Assembly: GCA_011109175.1 (NCBI GenBank)
Contig: RDEW01000028.1
Location: 277,000 to 340,999 of the forward strand
Source of the DNA: Dicyema japonicum
Lineage: Eukaryota > Animalia > Dicyemida
Reading direction: 5' to 3'
DNA: 64,000 bases
Shown piece after piece: positions 35,720 through 47,748 of this stretch (position 1 is its first letter; each line of letters starts with the position of its first letter). The notes below the pieces were generated by a model, which saw nothing but the letters and a program-made list of their open reading frames with translations, did no database searches and was not told where the DNA came from. A program made the position numbers and the translations under genes.

Positions 35720-36520
35720 CCATACATAGGAGAAGCAGATGCTGACATTCGCGCACGTCTTTTTAACGATGGGCCAAATTCCCCCTGATTTCCTTCAGGA
35801 AAGAGGCTATGATACTTCCCGCAGCACCAGAGAGACGTTTCGATTGCCACCGGTACAAAACGAAAACGGTCTCTAATTTAGCTATATTTTTTAATCTTGA
35901 TTTTCTCGGCCAGATCGGCTGCCGATCCATCAGACTGCGCCGAATTGAGCATCATCAAGTTCAGAATGAATCCACACAAGTGAAGTCCTATACTAGCGAT
36001 TTTCCGTCAGAGAACGGACAGATTGTTAGCTCATCCGGTCTTTCCCGTATCCGCGGTCCAATCCCGCGGGCTAAAGCACTGCCAAGGAGTCTGCAGCTTC
36101 AAGAGCACTCTGCCCTAATCTTTCGGAAGAAAGCGGATGCATCCCTTTGGCCTCGACGATCCCTTCTTAATTAATTATTCTCCACAACGACATTGGTGTT
36201 CGACGCATACATAAACTCCCAGGCGCTGTGCGATCCGAATCCTTAGCAGTCATAGTCAAAAAGGGTCCCCAGAGAGGAACACGGGAGTGCATCCAGCCAT
36301 GCTCCGCTCTCATGGCTGGCGGGAGATACGAGGCATGCAAGACGATGCTGGTTGGCCTCAAATTTTAGCACGTCGAAGATTTTCTTGGAGTAGATCTCCC
36401 AGTCGCGTTGCCTCAAAGGATCGTTCGGCGTATATAAACCAGTTTCACACTATTCGCGACGAGCTTCGTCGAAGACTTTTTCCCAAGAAAGTCAGGTTGG
36501 AAAATGTAGGATATCTTGGA
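35720..36520 (-). mobile_element. CRE RLE fragment (copy 48890-49690)
   Basis: ANQHRLACLVS, AWL.ALPCSSLGTLFD, VAIETS. Confidence 0.75.
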
Positions 36521-36680
36521 CCAAAAGAGTAAATTTTTAATTTGATTTAAAATCTCTGTTTTATTCTAAAATTTTGGAATAGTTGTTGTGAAAATTTTAG
36601 AAAACAGGATTTTATGTATTCACCATCTTTGAATCGTTTCCCCTTTTTTTCCAACTCATTGACTAGTGCGATTTTTTTAA
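36520..36680 (-). mobile_element. hAT transposase fragment (better-preserved copy 49690-49850)
   Basis: GKPFTDGEYIKSCFL in ORF 49546-49818. Confidence 0.65.
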
Positions 36681-36924
36681 CCTAAAAATAAAAAATTTAA
36701 CCTAAAAAATTAATTTTATTACGTCGCGAGCGCTACTTGCAACTATGCGCTACTTGCAATATCGATTTTTTGAATTTTTTGAATTTTTTTGAATCTATGA
36801 AAATTGTTCTTTTGGATTAAAATTCTAATTTTTAGTAATCTAAAATATTAATTTTATGGGCTAACTCCACTTTGTACTTAAAAGGTATAGGTATAAAATT
36901 GGTCTTACCTCTATCTTAATATTA

Positions 36925-37470
36925 ATATGATGTGGATTTTGTTTCTGAGGACATTAATAATATCAGGATTGCTCCTATCATATTCCTGGAGTATTTGGAG
37001 AGTGGTTCCTGAAAAAGAACGAGCAAAAAACCGAATTTATTACAATCAAACGAGGAAACAAACTTACCAATAAGATATGGAGAAGAGAAAAAAGTCGGGT
37101 CTTGCTAGGCGACCGGAAGACGTTGTCACCAATAGCATTGAAGAGACTAAAATCGACATGGCTTAGATACGTACATGTCTCACGTCCAGTAAAAGTGCGA
37201 CTATACAATTCTTTCGTCTTACCCATACTGCTCTACAACTCGGGAACGTAGGGACTAACTCAGATACGTGTTGATAGCTTGAATTCTTTTCACAAAAAAC
37301 AACTAAGGACTCTACTAGGAATACACTATCCGATGGTGATCAAGCTCCAAGACCTATCCACTGCTTGCAAATCGGAGCACTTAAATACAATTATTACAAG
37401 ACCCGATGGAGACTATTTGGGCCGTTCCTGTTTACGATATTATGGAATTATTCAAACTTTAACGTAATTC
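36925..37470 (+). mobile_element. RTE fragment (copy 50080-50625)
   Basis: YDVDFVS, RLYNSFVLPILLYNSGT, LNSFHKKQLRTLLGIHYP. Confidence 0.7.
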
Positions 37471-37789
37471 ACAAGGATTACTTGAAATAGATTTACGTGG
37501 ATATGAATATTCACATGCAAGTGAATGTAAAAACCCAAAAGTCTGTCTCTCGACGTACGTAGCTAAGCATCTCATGTAACCATCTCTGTAAGAGATCCAT
37601 GAAAAGGAATTGATGTAAATCTTTACTAGGAATGGAAGGAAATACAAATGAAAAAGGGTGAATTAGATTAATTTCCAATTTTAGCAATAAATCAAGATTT
37701 TTAGTAAAGTTTATAAACTTTCCCACGATCGAAGTAAAACACAGCCCTTCCAAACATCACATCCATCCATATTCGGAATTCTGGATTTA

Positions 37790-37955
37790 TGATGCCTTAT
37801 TTGGCGTATCCTGAGAAAGGTAGAAAACACCTATAAGATTTAAAAAAACACAGAGCATAACGGAATTCTTCAACCAGGTGCAGATGGTATGAAAATAGAA
37901 CTCCTACCAAATCGCGATTCGCGCAACATTACAAACCACTATGCTACCTTGGAAG
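37790..37955 (-). mobile_element. tRNA-head SINE-like family C (copies ~50945-51108 minus, ~58665-58830 plus)
   Basis: Minus strand TAGCATAGTGG (A-box) followed by a degenerate B-box. Aligns with the 58665 copy. Confidence 0.45.
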
Positions 37956-38014
37956 GAGGTATAATAATAATAACACCAGAGACCACGGTTACACAAACTA
38001 ACTAATCACGTGAT

Positions 38015-38345
38015 TTATTTAAATTATTAATTAACCCCGGACACACCGAGAAAGAAGTTAAAGTAAACAACTAATTAAGTGTATCCAGTTACCACTTCCA
38101 CAGAAACAGAGTCCATCTGGAATCAGCATAAAGGGTGAAAGACGTCCATAGTTGCAGTTGTGGAAACCCCTCCAATGGAGTGGGAAAGAGCAAATTATCC
38201 TTTTTCGTGCCGGCCAGGCACTGGGCGTCACTTAGACTGGTGGATCACATGACGGCACTCTAATAGGAAGAGAGAGGAGTAACAGACGATCAAACAGAAA
38301 CTTGAACCAATTAGCAACGTAGCATCACATGGCGCCACGCATGAA
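38015..38345 (-). mobile_element. SINE-like family A copy (duplicate at 51170-51497)
   Basis: Full-length homology to 1852-2178. Short ACGTGAT direct repeat on both flanks. Confidence 0.75.
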
Positions 38346-38369
38346 AGTTACGTGATGAATGTGGTAGAT

Positions 38370-38738
38370 GATTATTATTATAGGCACGTACGCGATGCCA
38401 AGATCATGACAAAGCATGTGCAACACGAAAAGTTAACAATCTAATTAACGTCGCCCATCTTTTTCGATTCGATGCCATGTTCCGTAGCATATCTAGATTG
38501 TCCCCATCTTTATGGCACTTTCCAATCCTCTTGAAATCTTCATCTAGAATAACCGGCAGCGGAAACGAAAAGCTTCTAAGACAAAATACTCCTCCATTGC
38601 TATGTTGGCAGGGGTCCCCATATCGTGGTGGAGTATGTGTCCAGAGAGCCTCCACCTTGAATCAGTAATATCACATGATATTGGCTTAGTTCCGGTTCTC
38701 TTGTATAAGATTTCGGACGGCATTTTGAAAAAGCTTCG
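38370..38738 (-). mobile_element. RTE 3' end cut by the duplication breakpoint
   Basis: Matches 51525-51891, then switches abruptly to CRE sequence at 38739. Confidence 0.85.
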
Positions 38739-39761
38739 CGAGTTGAAGGCATTTGATATATCAAGATTCAGGCTTAGCCTTTGGATCTGGGAATTATTGT
38801 TGTTGAAGTAACTCCTCACGGCGTGAACTGCTGCCTTGCAACCACCGGTCACTCCCACCCCAAGTTGAGTCGGGAACAGCTCTTCAGCAATATTGTTGTA
38901 TACTCTCCGGGCAGCGATTTTAGCAGCAAGCCTTCGAATGTATGTACCGATCGCAATTGGGCGGACCTCCATCTCCTTTTTCGAAATGCCAATAGATGTC
39001 TACAAAAAAAGAAGATCTTTAGCAAATTTTGGAATATCTCCATTAACTATTCGAGTGAGCGCAAAGTGATAGACGTTAACAAGGCACGGCCGGCTTCAGC
39101 AGTAGCTTCGGAAGTTAAGTCCTTTACATGGCTTGGGCGCAGTCCGTCCAGACCTCCACAGCTACTGGGAGCAAAAGACTTTATTCCACGCACTACTTCA
39201 AATTCCATGGGAGTAAATGCCTGGAGGTCTTCAGGCATTGTCAAGTTTCGGTGGTGGAGCAAGGTGCTTCCTTCTCAGTAATTCCAAAACTTCACGGCTT
39301 CAAAAGTTATTCGTCACAAGACACTACTCTTACAGCTGCGCGAATGTCCCCTTCTATCAGTTTTCGGTTCATTCTCTCTTGAAATGTTTTAAAATCTTCC
39401 TGTTTACACCCAGCTTCGGTAGACAACTGTTTACGCCGAAGAACTTGCTCAGGCTTGATTCCTGAGTCTTGCGGCGTTGAAGTGGCCAAAAGGCAGAAGT
39501 ATTCTTGATTTTTGAAGCCAGTGATCAGTTGCCAGCTTGCTCTGAGGCAAAAATTCCTAGCGTCATAGATGCAAAGCTCAGTAGACGTATCCAAAAAGCC
39601 TGGTCGCTGGTACTGATGGCTTTATAAATTAATGACGTGAGGCATCAGCAGCGGAAATTCGAGCGGCCTTTGGTATCCTCAGTGGAATCCGTCTACCGGA
39701 ATCCGTCTACCTTTCCGACTCTCCGATAGGCGTAACAATGAGGGTTCGATTTGTCCAGAAT

Positions 39762-40165
39762 AAAAATAGTCGAGATGGGAGGGGATATTTTCAAGACGTT
39801 CAACAACGAAAGACCACGTGAAATTGCCAAAAGGTACGGCCACGAGAAATGTGTGGATTTTTTAGACTGGCAGGGTAAGCAGAGACTTATAGTTAGAATC
39901 AAAGCTCGACCTGGAAGCGATAATAACTCGAATGGCCGGATATTTGTCTCAACCAGACAAAGTCAGACTGCTAGCGAAGGATGAGAAGGTTAATTGTAGT
40001 GGAATCTCATAGTTAACATGCCAAAATGCGTGTTCTGAGAAAAAGGCGTGGATACAAAACACGAAAAATGCAAGTACTTTCGACTATCGAATGCACAAAC
40101 AGCAGTTATCTCATATATTTGGGAATTTTTTCAAGAGATTCGAAGATGCTGATCTTGCCGACTAA
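39762..40165 (+). pseudogene. ANKRD45: 5'-truncated ANKRD45 duplicate
   Basis: Copy of 22756-23162. Start codon, exons 1-2 and the 5' part of exon 3 are absent. Confidence 0.8.
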
Positions 40166-41569
40166 CTCTTAACTATAACTATGGATTTTTATGTTTCAGC
40201 TAAAAATTAAGTTGAAGGGATATTCTGATATCAAGTCGGGATCACAAGGATGACTTTTCTGTGCTCGAACCCGTCGGTATGTGTAAATACGACTGTAAAC
40301 ATCTGGGTGGAATAAGTATCTTTCCTTTCGTGGCTGTGATGACCCTGATCTTGGGTGTCACGTGTAGGAACACTTTCGCTTAGAACAACCTTTTTCATAG
40401 TGATGCCAATGCGTGTTCAGCTGAAACATTGAAATGTTAGAAATATGCTGACCTCTTTAGTGACGCTTGTTCATCTCCTTCTGAAGCCTCGGACACTTGT
40501 CTTACAACATTTTCAAAAGACTAGGAAACATTATCTCATCCCGGTCAGGGGACCTCTGCGAGCGCTACTGGATATTCAAAAGTATTTTCTTCTCAATTAG
40601 AGAGGAAATAACCATGCTCTTATTTAATTTTTCGTTTTTATTGTTAATGATAATCTTACTAAGACCGAGTTTTATTTTTACGAAAAACATAATTAAATCA
40701 AAATTACTAATAGATTTTAGACCTTTCTCCTTTTAGAAGAGATTTTAGACCTTTCTCCTTTTATTTTACATTCTTTCCACAAGTTTGCTTTGTGGCCCTC
40801 CATGTTAGGTCATCTGCCAGCAGTCTTGCATTAACTATGTCGTTGTCTGTTTAAGATCAGAATTGGTATGCAAGGCAGTATAATTGGCTATCGAAGCGTC
40901 CAAATCCATTAAGCTTTGACCAATTTGAACTGGATCTTTCGAGTAGGAACCCTAGCATTCCGTGATATGGAGCGTACCTCCTTGATTTGGGCATTCAAAG
41001 CCTCAACACTTTCCATATTTAGAGATTCATTCACTGAGCTTTTCGGAAAATTTAGTGGACTGCCCATCTTTTACATTTATCCCTCACTTCGATGCCTTTC
41101 TTGATATTGGATATGCTTTTATCAGTGAAGAAGATGGAATTGAAGGAATCAGCGATTAATTGTCAACTTCCACTAGGGATCCTTCCAAACCTGACTATGG
41201 ACATTTAACTATTTTACTTACCCGCACGCATTTGTCTGAAAGGTCGAAACTAGCGATCACAGTCTTATGAAAAGGAAGTAATTAAGCACAAGTCGTTCTT
41301 CAAAATCTTGAAAATTTTTCGAGGTTCATGTAGTTCAAGAGCCAGTCGTCCAATTTTGGGTACTGTATGTTTTAGTTGCTCCAATAAGAGGGCCACCATA
41401 ATTTGTTTTTGTTTTTGCGAGAACTGACAAGCCACGTGAAATTCAAAGTATAATTAAGTTCCTCCAAATTTTTAACAACTATATCCAAACTCACAGCATT
41501 GAGTATGCAACGCTTCCCACTCTGAAACTTTGTATATACAATATCTTTGAGTCCACCTTTCACACAAGA

Positions 41570-44250
41570 TGTGAAATTAGACCCTCTATTGGATACAAAA
41601 CTGATTACAAAAATCTCCTAATGGGTATTGACATATGGAACCACTATCCTCAGAGAAAATACCTGGCAACCTTCCCTGTATTTAAATGCCAAGAAAATCT
41701 TATGAGCAAACTCTCCTACGATCTAATTGGATGCAACATTACTGTAAAACATCAAATCTCGAGTTTTCGTAACACAGAATCTCACAATTTCGCAACATAA
41801 AACGTAAGAGGCTTAAACGAAGGGAAATTAGAAGTCGTAAAAAGAGAAATGAGAAGGATTGATATTGACCTGCTTGGAGTAAGCGAACTTCACTGGATCG
41901 ACAGTGGTCTTTTTCGTTTTGATGATTTCGTCATATATTATTCTGGTAACATTAATGCGAAGAGAAACGGAGTGGCCTTCACTGCTTCAAAGAAAATTGC
42001 ACCTGCTATTGAAAGTCATAGAATATTTAATGATCGAATAATACTAATCCACGTCCGTGGACGAACATTGAATATTACGGTCATGCAAGTGTATGCCCCA
42101 ACATCTATTGCTAAGGATGACGAAATTGACCAATTTTATTATAAAGTTCAAAATGCACTAAACTAATACTCAAAAAGGAGATAATTAACATAATGGGGGA
42201 TTTCAATTCAAAAGTTGGGTGTATACCACATACGGATATTGTGGGAAGTTTTGGTTTGGGGAAAAGAAATGATGCTGGGGATCGACTGGTCCAATTCTGT
42301 CAGGAAAATGGATTTCAGATAACTAACACATGGTTCAAACTATACAAACGACGATTATACACTTGGACGTCGCCAAACGGAATGTCTAGGAACCAGATTG
42401 ATTATATTTTTGCGCCAAACGTTGGAAAAGCTTTATAACAGCCGTCAAAACATATCCAGGGGCAGAATGTGGAACAGACTATCAGCTACTTGTTGCAAAA
42501 TTAGGACGAAATTCAGTAACACTTAGAATACCCTCGAGTAAAGAAATTCGATGTCTCAAACATACCACCAGAATACGCAATGGAAGTTAAGCACAATATT
42601 GGATTACTGGATTTGAACGGAAGGATGCCTGATGAATTATGGAATGATATGCAGTTGGTTATCAGGAACGCTGCAATAAAACATGTCAAATACAAAACGC
42701 CGGACAAGTGCTCTGAGTGGCCCTCTGCCAACACCCTAAAATTGCTGAGGCTCGTAAAGCTGCTAAAGTTTCTGGAATATAGACGAAACAAGAAAACTTA
42801 ACTCTGAATTCAAAAAAGCAGCCAGTAAGGATAAAGAATATTACTGGAGGTTACACTTCAAAAAAATGGAAGATGACTATAAGAGAGGTCACACTACGAA
42901 TGCGTATTTACAACTAAAAAGATTACGAACCCCCTTTACGAAAATGATGGGCAAAATCAAGGACAAGGATGGTGTTGAATTGCTAGGTCAACAGAACATC
43001 TGAAATCGTTGAAGAGAATATACGGAACGGTTATATTCAGAAACTGTGTGGACCACCCATATGTGTTGATGAAGCAACGTTGGGTGAGGGGCATAACATC
43101 CTTGAGGAGAAATGCGGCACACATGACCATATAGTAAATGTCCGGTGGATTATGGAGAAAGCTTATGAATCCTAAAGAGTGTATACATGTGCTTCATTGA
43201 CTATCGGAAAGCTTTTGATTCCGTTATACATGACAAGCTGTGGTCCGCTTTAAAAGAATTTGGATTCAATGCCCATCTGATATTGCTATCAAATCTCTTT
43301 ATAAGGATCAAGAAGCTACTGTTAGAGCAGTGTATGGAGATACCGATTGGTTCAAATTTGGTAAAGGAGTAAGACAAGGATGCTTATTATCTCCAATCCT
43401 ATTCAATATTTATGCCGAAATGATCATGACTAAATTGGATACTGTATCAAATAATGGGATTAAAATTGGAGGCGGAACATCAATAATTTGCGCTATGCTG
43501 ACGATACAACCTTACTGAGTGAAACAGAAGATGGCCTCAGAAAGTTGATTCTAAGATTCAGAGAAGAGAGCGCCGTCTTTGGTTTATTGCTAAATATCAA
43601 GAAAACCAAAATTATGACTACTGCTAATAATGGAATAATGGAACTAAAACTTGGGAATGAGAAAATAGAGTTGCGATAATGTTGTTTTTCTGGGATGTCA
43701 AATTAATCGGAATGGCGACGGAGGCTTGGAAATCAAAAGGCGAATTGACACCTTCCAGAGAATGAATTGAATTTGGAAAAGCAAATATATTTGCTTAAGG
43801 ACCAAATGCAGACTGGTTAATGCAATCGTGTTCCCGGTTTTTCTATACGGCGCAGAATTCATGCGGATACGAAAAATTGATGCTTTTGAGCTGTGGTGCT
43901 GAAGGAGGTTACTAAGAATCCGTTGGACTTCCAGAATAACAAACATCGATGTACTCAAACGTGTAGAGACGGACATTTCGCTAGAAGAAGAATCGTAAAA
44001 CACAGATTAGCGTTCTTTGGGCATGTTGTCCGCTCTGATTCACTGGAAAGAACTATTATGCTAAGCAATATTACTGGGAAGAGAAGACCTGGCCGACCGA
44101 GGACTCGGTGGCTATCCACTGTGGAAGACGTCACAAGAATGCCTATATCAAGGCTACTCCTAATTGCAACGGATCGGGGAGAGTGGAGGAAACTCGTTCA
44201 TGAGATCTCCAAAGGTTGGACACGACTTTATTGAACAACATAACATAACA
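41570..44250 (+). mobile_element. RTE-clade LINE, duplicate of 28400-31070
   Basis: Near-identical sequence sharing most disabling mutations. Confidence 0.9.
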
Positions 44251-46922
44251 TCCTCAAAGATGTATCGTTATATATACATAAATAAACTAACCATGTACGC
44301 TTATTTACTGATTCTATATAAATGAATTACTCCTATGGATTTGAAAAGCGTCTCTGAGATGGAGATGGCATTGATTAACCTCTAAAAAGGACTTCTTAAG
44401 ACGTTAGTGTCCAAATGTACTTCTTAAGACGTTGTGCCAGCCTTCAATGGAGTTATTTGTCCTTGGTAATTCCTCATATAAATTATCCAGATTATTTTAA
44501 TAATTAATTAGAAATCTTGGAATAAATCCATTTTCTTGATTTCCGATATAATTGATCGAAAAATATTGATATAATGGATTTAGAATCGCAGGAAAATCTG
44601 ATCTCGACACTATCTAATCAAAAGTGTTCTTTACAGTATGTATAGGAATAAAGGAGAAGCATTTCGACAGTTTTACAAATATGTCGTTAATTTTAAATCA
44701 CATTTAACCTATTTATATCTTCATTATTTATGTCATTGAAAATTCCAAATTCCAATATTTTTTGGTTAATATTTTGTCCTAGATGGAACATGCAGCAATT
44801 TATCCGTGCGTTTGGAAATGACTTTTGAAAAGAGTTTATTGCTCCTTTTTCAAAATGAGACTGAGACGTTTAATTATTTGAAGCATTGTGTCATATTCAT
44901 TTTCAGTTTTTGATGTTTTTATTTATTTATTTTTTTAACAATTAAACAAATGTCAGTTGAGGAAGCCTGCTGCATGGATTGCGAACGAGTTCCCTCGGAG
45001 TATGGCTATTCCAATCTTTTGTCTTAGCCATAACCCTTCTCGTTGATCCCTTTTCTTTCTGGCAAGCAATCCTTCGAGTTCTTGCAAGAATTCAGCCGTC
45101 ATTGAACCAACGGCTCCCGATGATTCGGTCGCAACAGAAGTAAATCGGTAGCGATCCCCGAGGCAAGAATATTTCTTGATTTTTAGGTTTTCCGCAATCG
45201 AAGCAGCTGCTCCAGGTGTCTGAACCGATTTAAAAATGTTCGTGCTTGAGAACGTGTCTATGCAAGTTGCGTCCTAGACCAAAGATTTTCCAGACGCGAA
45301 GGGGAAAAGGGTCATCCCGTCAGGTCTTTTCCCATCTCCTCGATCAAGACCCACTTGTTCAAGCTGTGCTGGGAATCCTGAAGCCTTCAGAGCTCTGACG
45401 ATCACATCATTCAGAGCAGCATGACGTGGTCCTTGCAGGACAGCGGGTGCAATCCTTTCGCATCGACTGTTTTCCCGCATCGGCATCGGTGCTCCTGGCA
45501 AACGTCTAGTCCCAGCCTTTGTCCGATTCCAATCCTCAAAGAACAGTCGTCCAAAAAGGTCCCGAGGTTTGGGCAAGGTATTGCACCAAGCCATGCTCCA
45601 CTCCCTCTACTTGAAGCTGACACCAAACAAGCCAGACGATGTTGATTTGCTTCTTTTTTAAGTCTTCCAAAATTTTGGAGCAGACAATGTCATCCCAATT
45701 AATTTGCTTCGTTGTGTCTTCGGGGATTTTGTGTCCGGACCCGTTCCATTTCCGACAAGCTTCGTCAAATGACTCATTCCAGCGAAGTCCAATAGTGTTA
45801 TGAAGGACTTGTCGTGTCAAATGGCTGCAGCTTGAGAGAGACGATCGATATGCCGGGAACGAAACCTCCAGCGCCGATCTTATTCAGACAACCCCAAATC
45901 CAGAGGGAAGCTTACATTGTTTCCAACCAAGTTCGTCGAAGCGGACGTTAATTAGTGACTCAACAGTTTGCTTGAGAGACTTGTCTATTGAAAGTAGGAT
46001 GTCATATTGTTCGTAGCAGGGTGAACATCGGAGTAGATATAAAAGCTTGGGTAGTCCGATGTTCAGGAAGAAAGATGTGTGAGAGTCGAGACATGACAAT
46101 CTTTTCGCAAGGCGTGTTAATTCTTCATTTTTGGAAAGTAGATGGTTCTTGAGTTCTCTTCGCTGAGTTAGGGCATCCGAGGAAATATAATTTATCAACT
46201 GGCACAGTCGGGATCCCAGGAAGCAGTTCGTTAAAAGACTCCTTGATATGAGACATTTATTAGCTCTGATTTGTTAACATTGATGTCCAAGCCCAAATGT
46301 TTTAAGCGGTAACGCCAGTGTAGGACGCGTCATCACCACGGGACGCAACATATTAAAGAGATAATAACTCATTAAATTTAGATTTGATAAATATAATTAA
46401 TTTTTATTCCGAAGTCACTTATATCTTAAAATCATAGTGTTTGGAGGACTTTGGTAAAATGTCCCACTTACCCATTGGACCCCCTAAAATCAATTTTTAT
46501 CAGATTTAAAAAAGATGACTTTTTTACCTAAAGATGTCGAGGACCTAGGTAAAATGTTCCACTTACCATAAAAACCATTAAATTAATTTTTATCATATTT
46601 AAAAAGATGACTTTTTTTTATCAATTTTTATAAGATTTAAAAAAGATGACTTTTTTACGTAAAGATGTCGTTTCGCTAAAATCTCATGGTGTTTATTGAT
46701 GAACTTATCCAAAACCTGAAAAAATTAATTAGAGGCTATTTTGAATAGAGTCCGTTTTGAAAGAGGCCATTTTGAATGGACACGGAATATAGACATTGAA
46801 AATAAAATAATGTAAGACTGACATTTGCTATACACTCTTTGTAGTGACTATGCGTAACAAATTGTGTTTAATAATAATTAATTTTCCTTAAAATCCTGAT
46901 TGTCCGAATATTAGTTAGTGTA

Positions 46923-47748
46923 CTAATTATTGGAACAATGTCCAAGGATATTTTCCCTATCTCTTATTTTGCTGCACCCTAAAATTTCATTAACAAATAC
47001 TTATTCGATTCGCTTTCTTCATTTTTCTTCTAAATATATTATTAATAGAAAATACATTTTTTTATCTTGTTTTATTTCAAGATAGTCTCCATTATTACCA
47101 GTAGGTTCGAATCTAAATTGAGTATAATATTTTACGCAGTTGGGCTGACTTCATGAGCATTCACACATAATAGGGATATTCTAATATTATATTGAAAATA
47201 CTTGTGTACACGAAAAGATTCTGAATTTGTCACAAAATATTGTATAACTGAGTTGATAGGAAAATTGCTGTAAATAGATTCTAATAAACATACATGAAAA
47301 CAAGAGAATTAAATTCTTCCGCAAATTTGTTCGAAATGTATGTCAGCGAGAAACAGTTTGAAAAATCTCTATTAATCAAAACTATATTAAACATAAATTT
47401 AATGGTGGGAGAGAATGTTTTTGGGTGTATATGTGTGATGCTACGATCATCTTCGCATGTACTATAAATTATTACTTTCGGAAACAAATGTTGTAAATTA
47501 ATTCCATAAAATGAAAAATTAACACCAACGTCAATTATGATGTTATTAACTTCAAGTTTAAGAATTTTTAGACCAGGTTGAACTTTAATTGCTAATTCTA
47601 AAGTAAATCTAGTAAATTTGCAATCTTCCCAAAATCTATAAAATGAATGAAACTATTAATACACGTATGAACCTCTTTTGTGATCTTCACAATTGTCTGG
47701 CAACGTAGATATGTTGAACAGAGTAATTAAGATTACTAATTTGTACAT
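46923..47748 (-). CDS. Duplicate of orphan gene 33752-34577
   Basis: No differences seen by eye between the two copies. Confidence 0.5.

Larger units (their letters stand above)
20711..38738 (+). repeat. Direct tandem segmental duplication, left copy
   Basis: Collinear with 38739-51891. The right copy lacks ~21700-22755, 23650-23869 and 23976-27585. Confidence 0.9.

Noticed and set aside
38544-38972. Novel chimeric CRE-RTE protein
   Set aside because: An accidental in-frame fusion at the duplication breakpoint between two dead elements, lacking the catalytic RT core.
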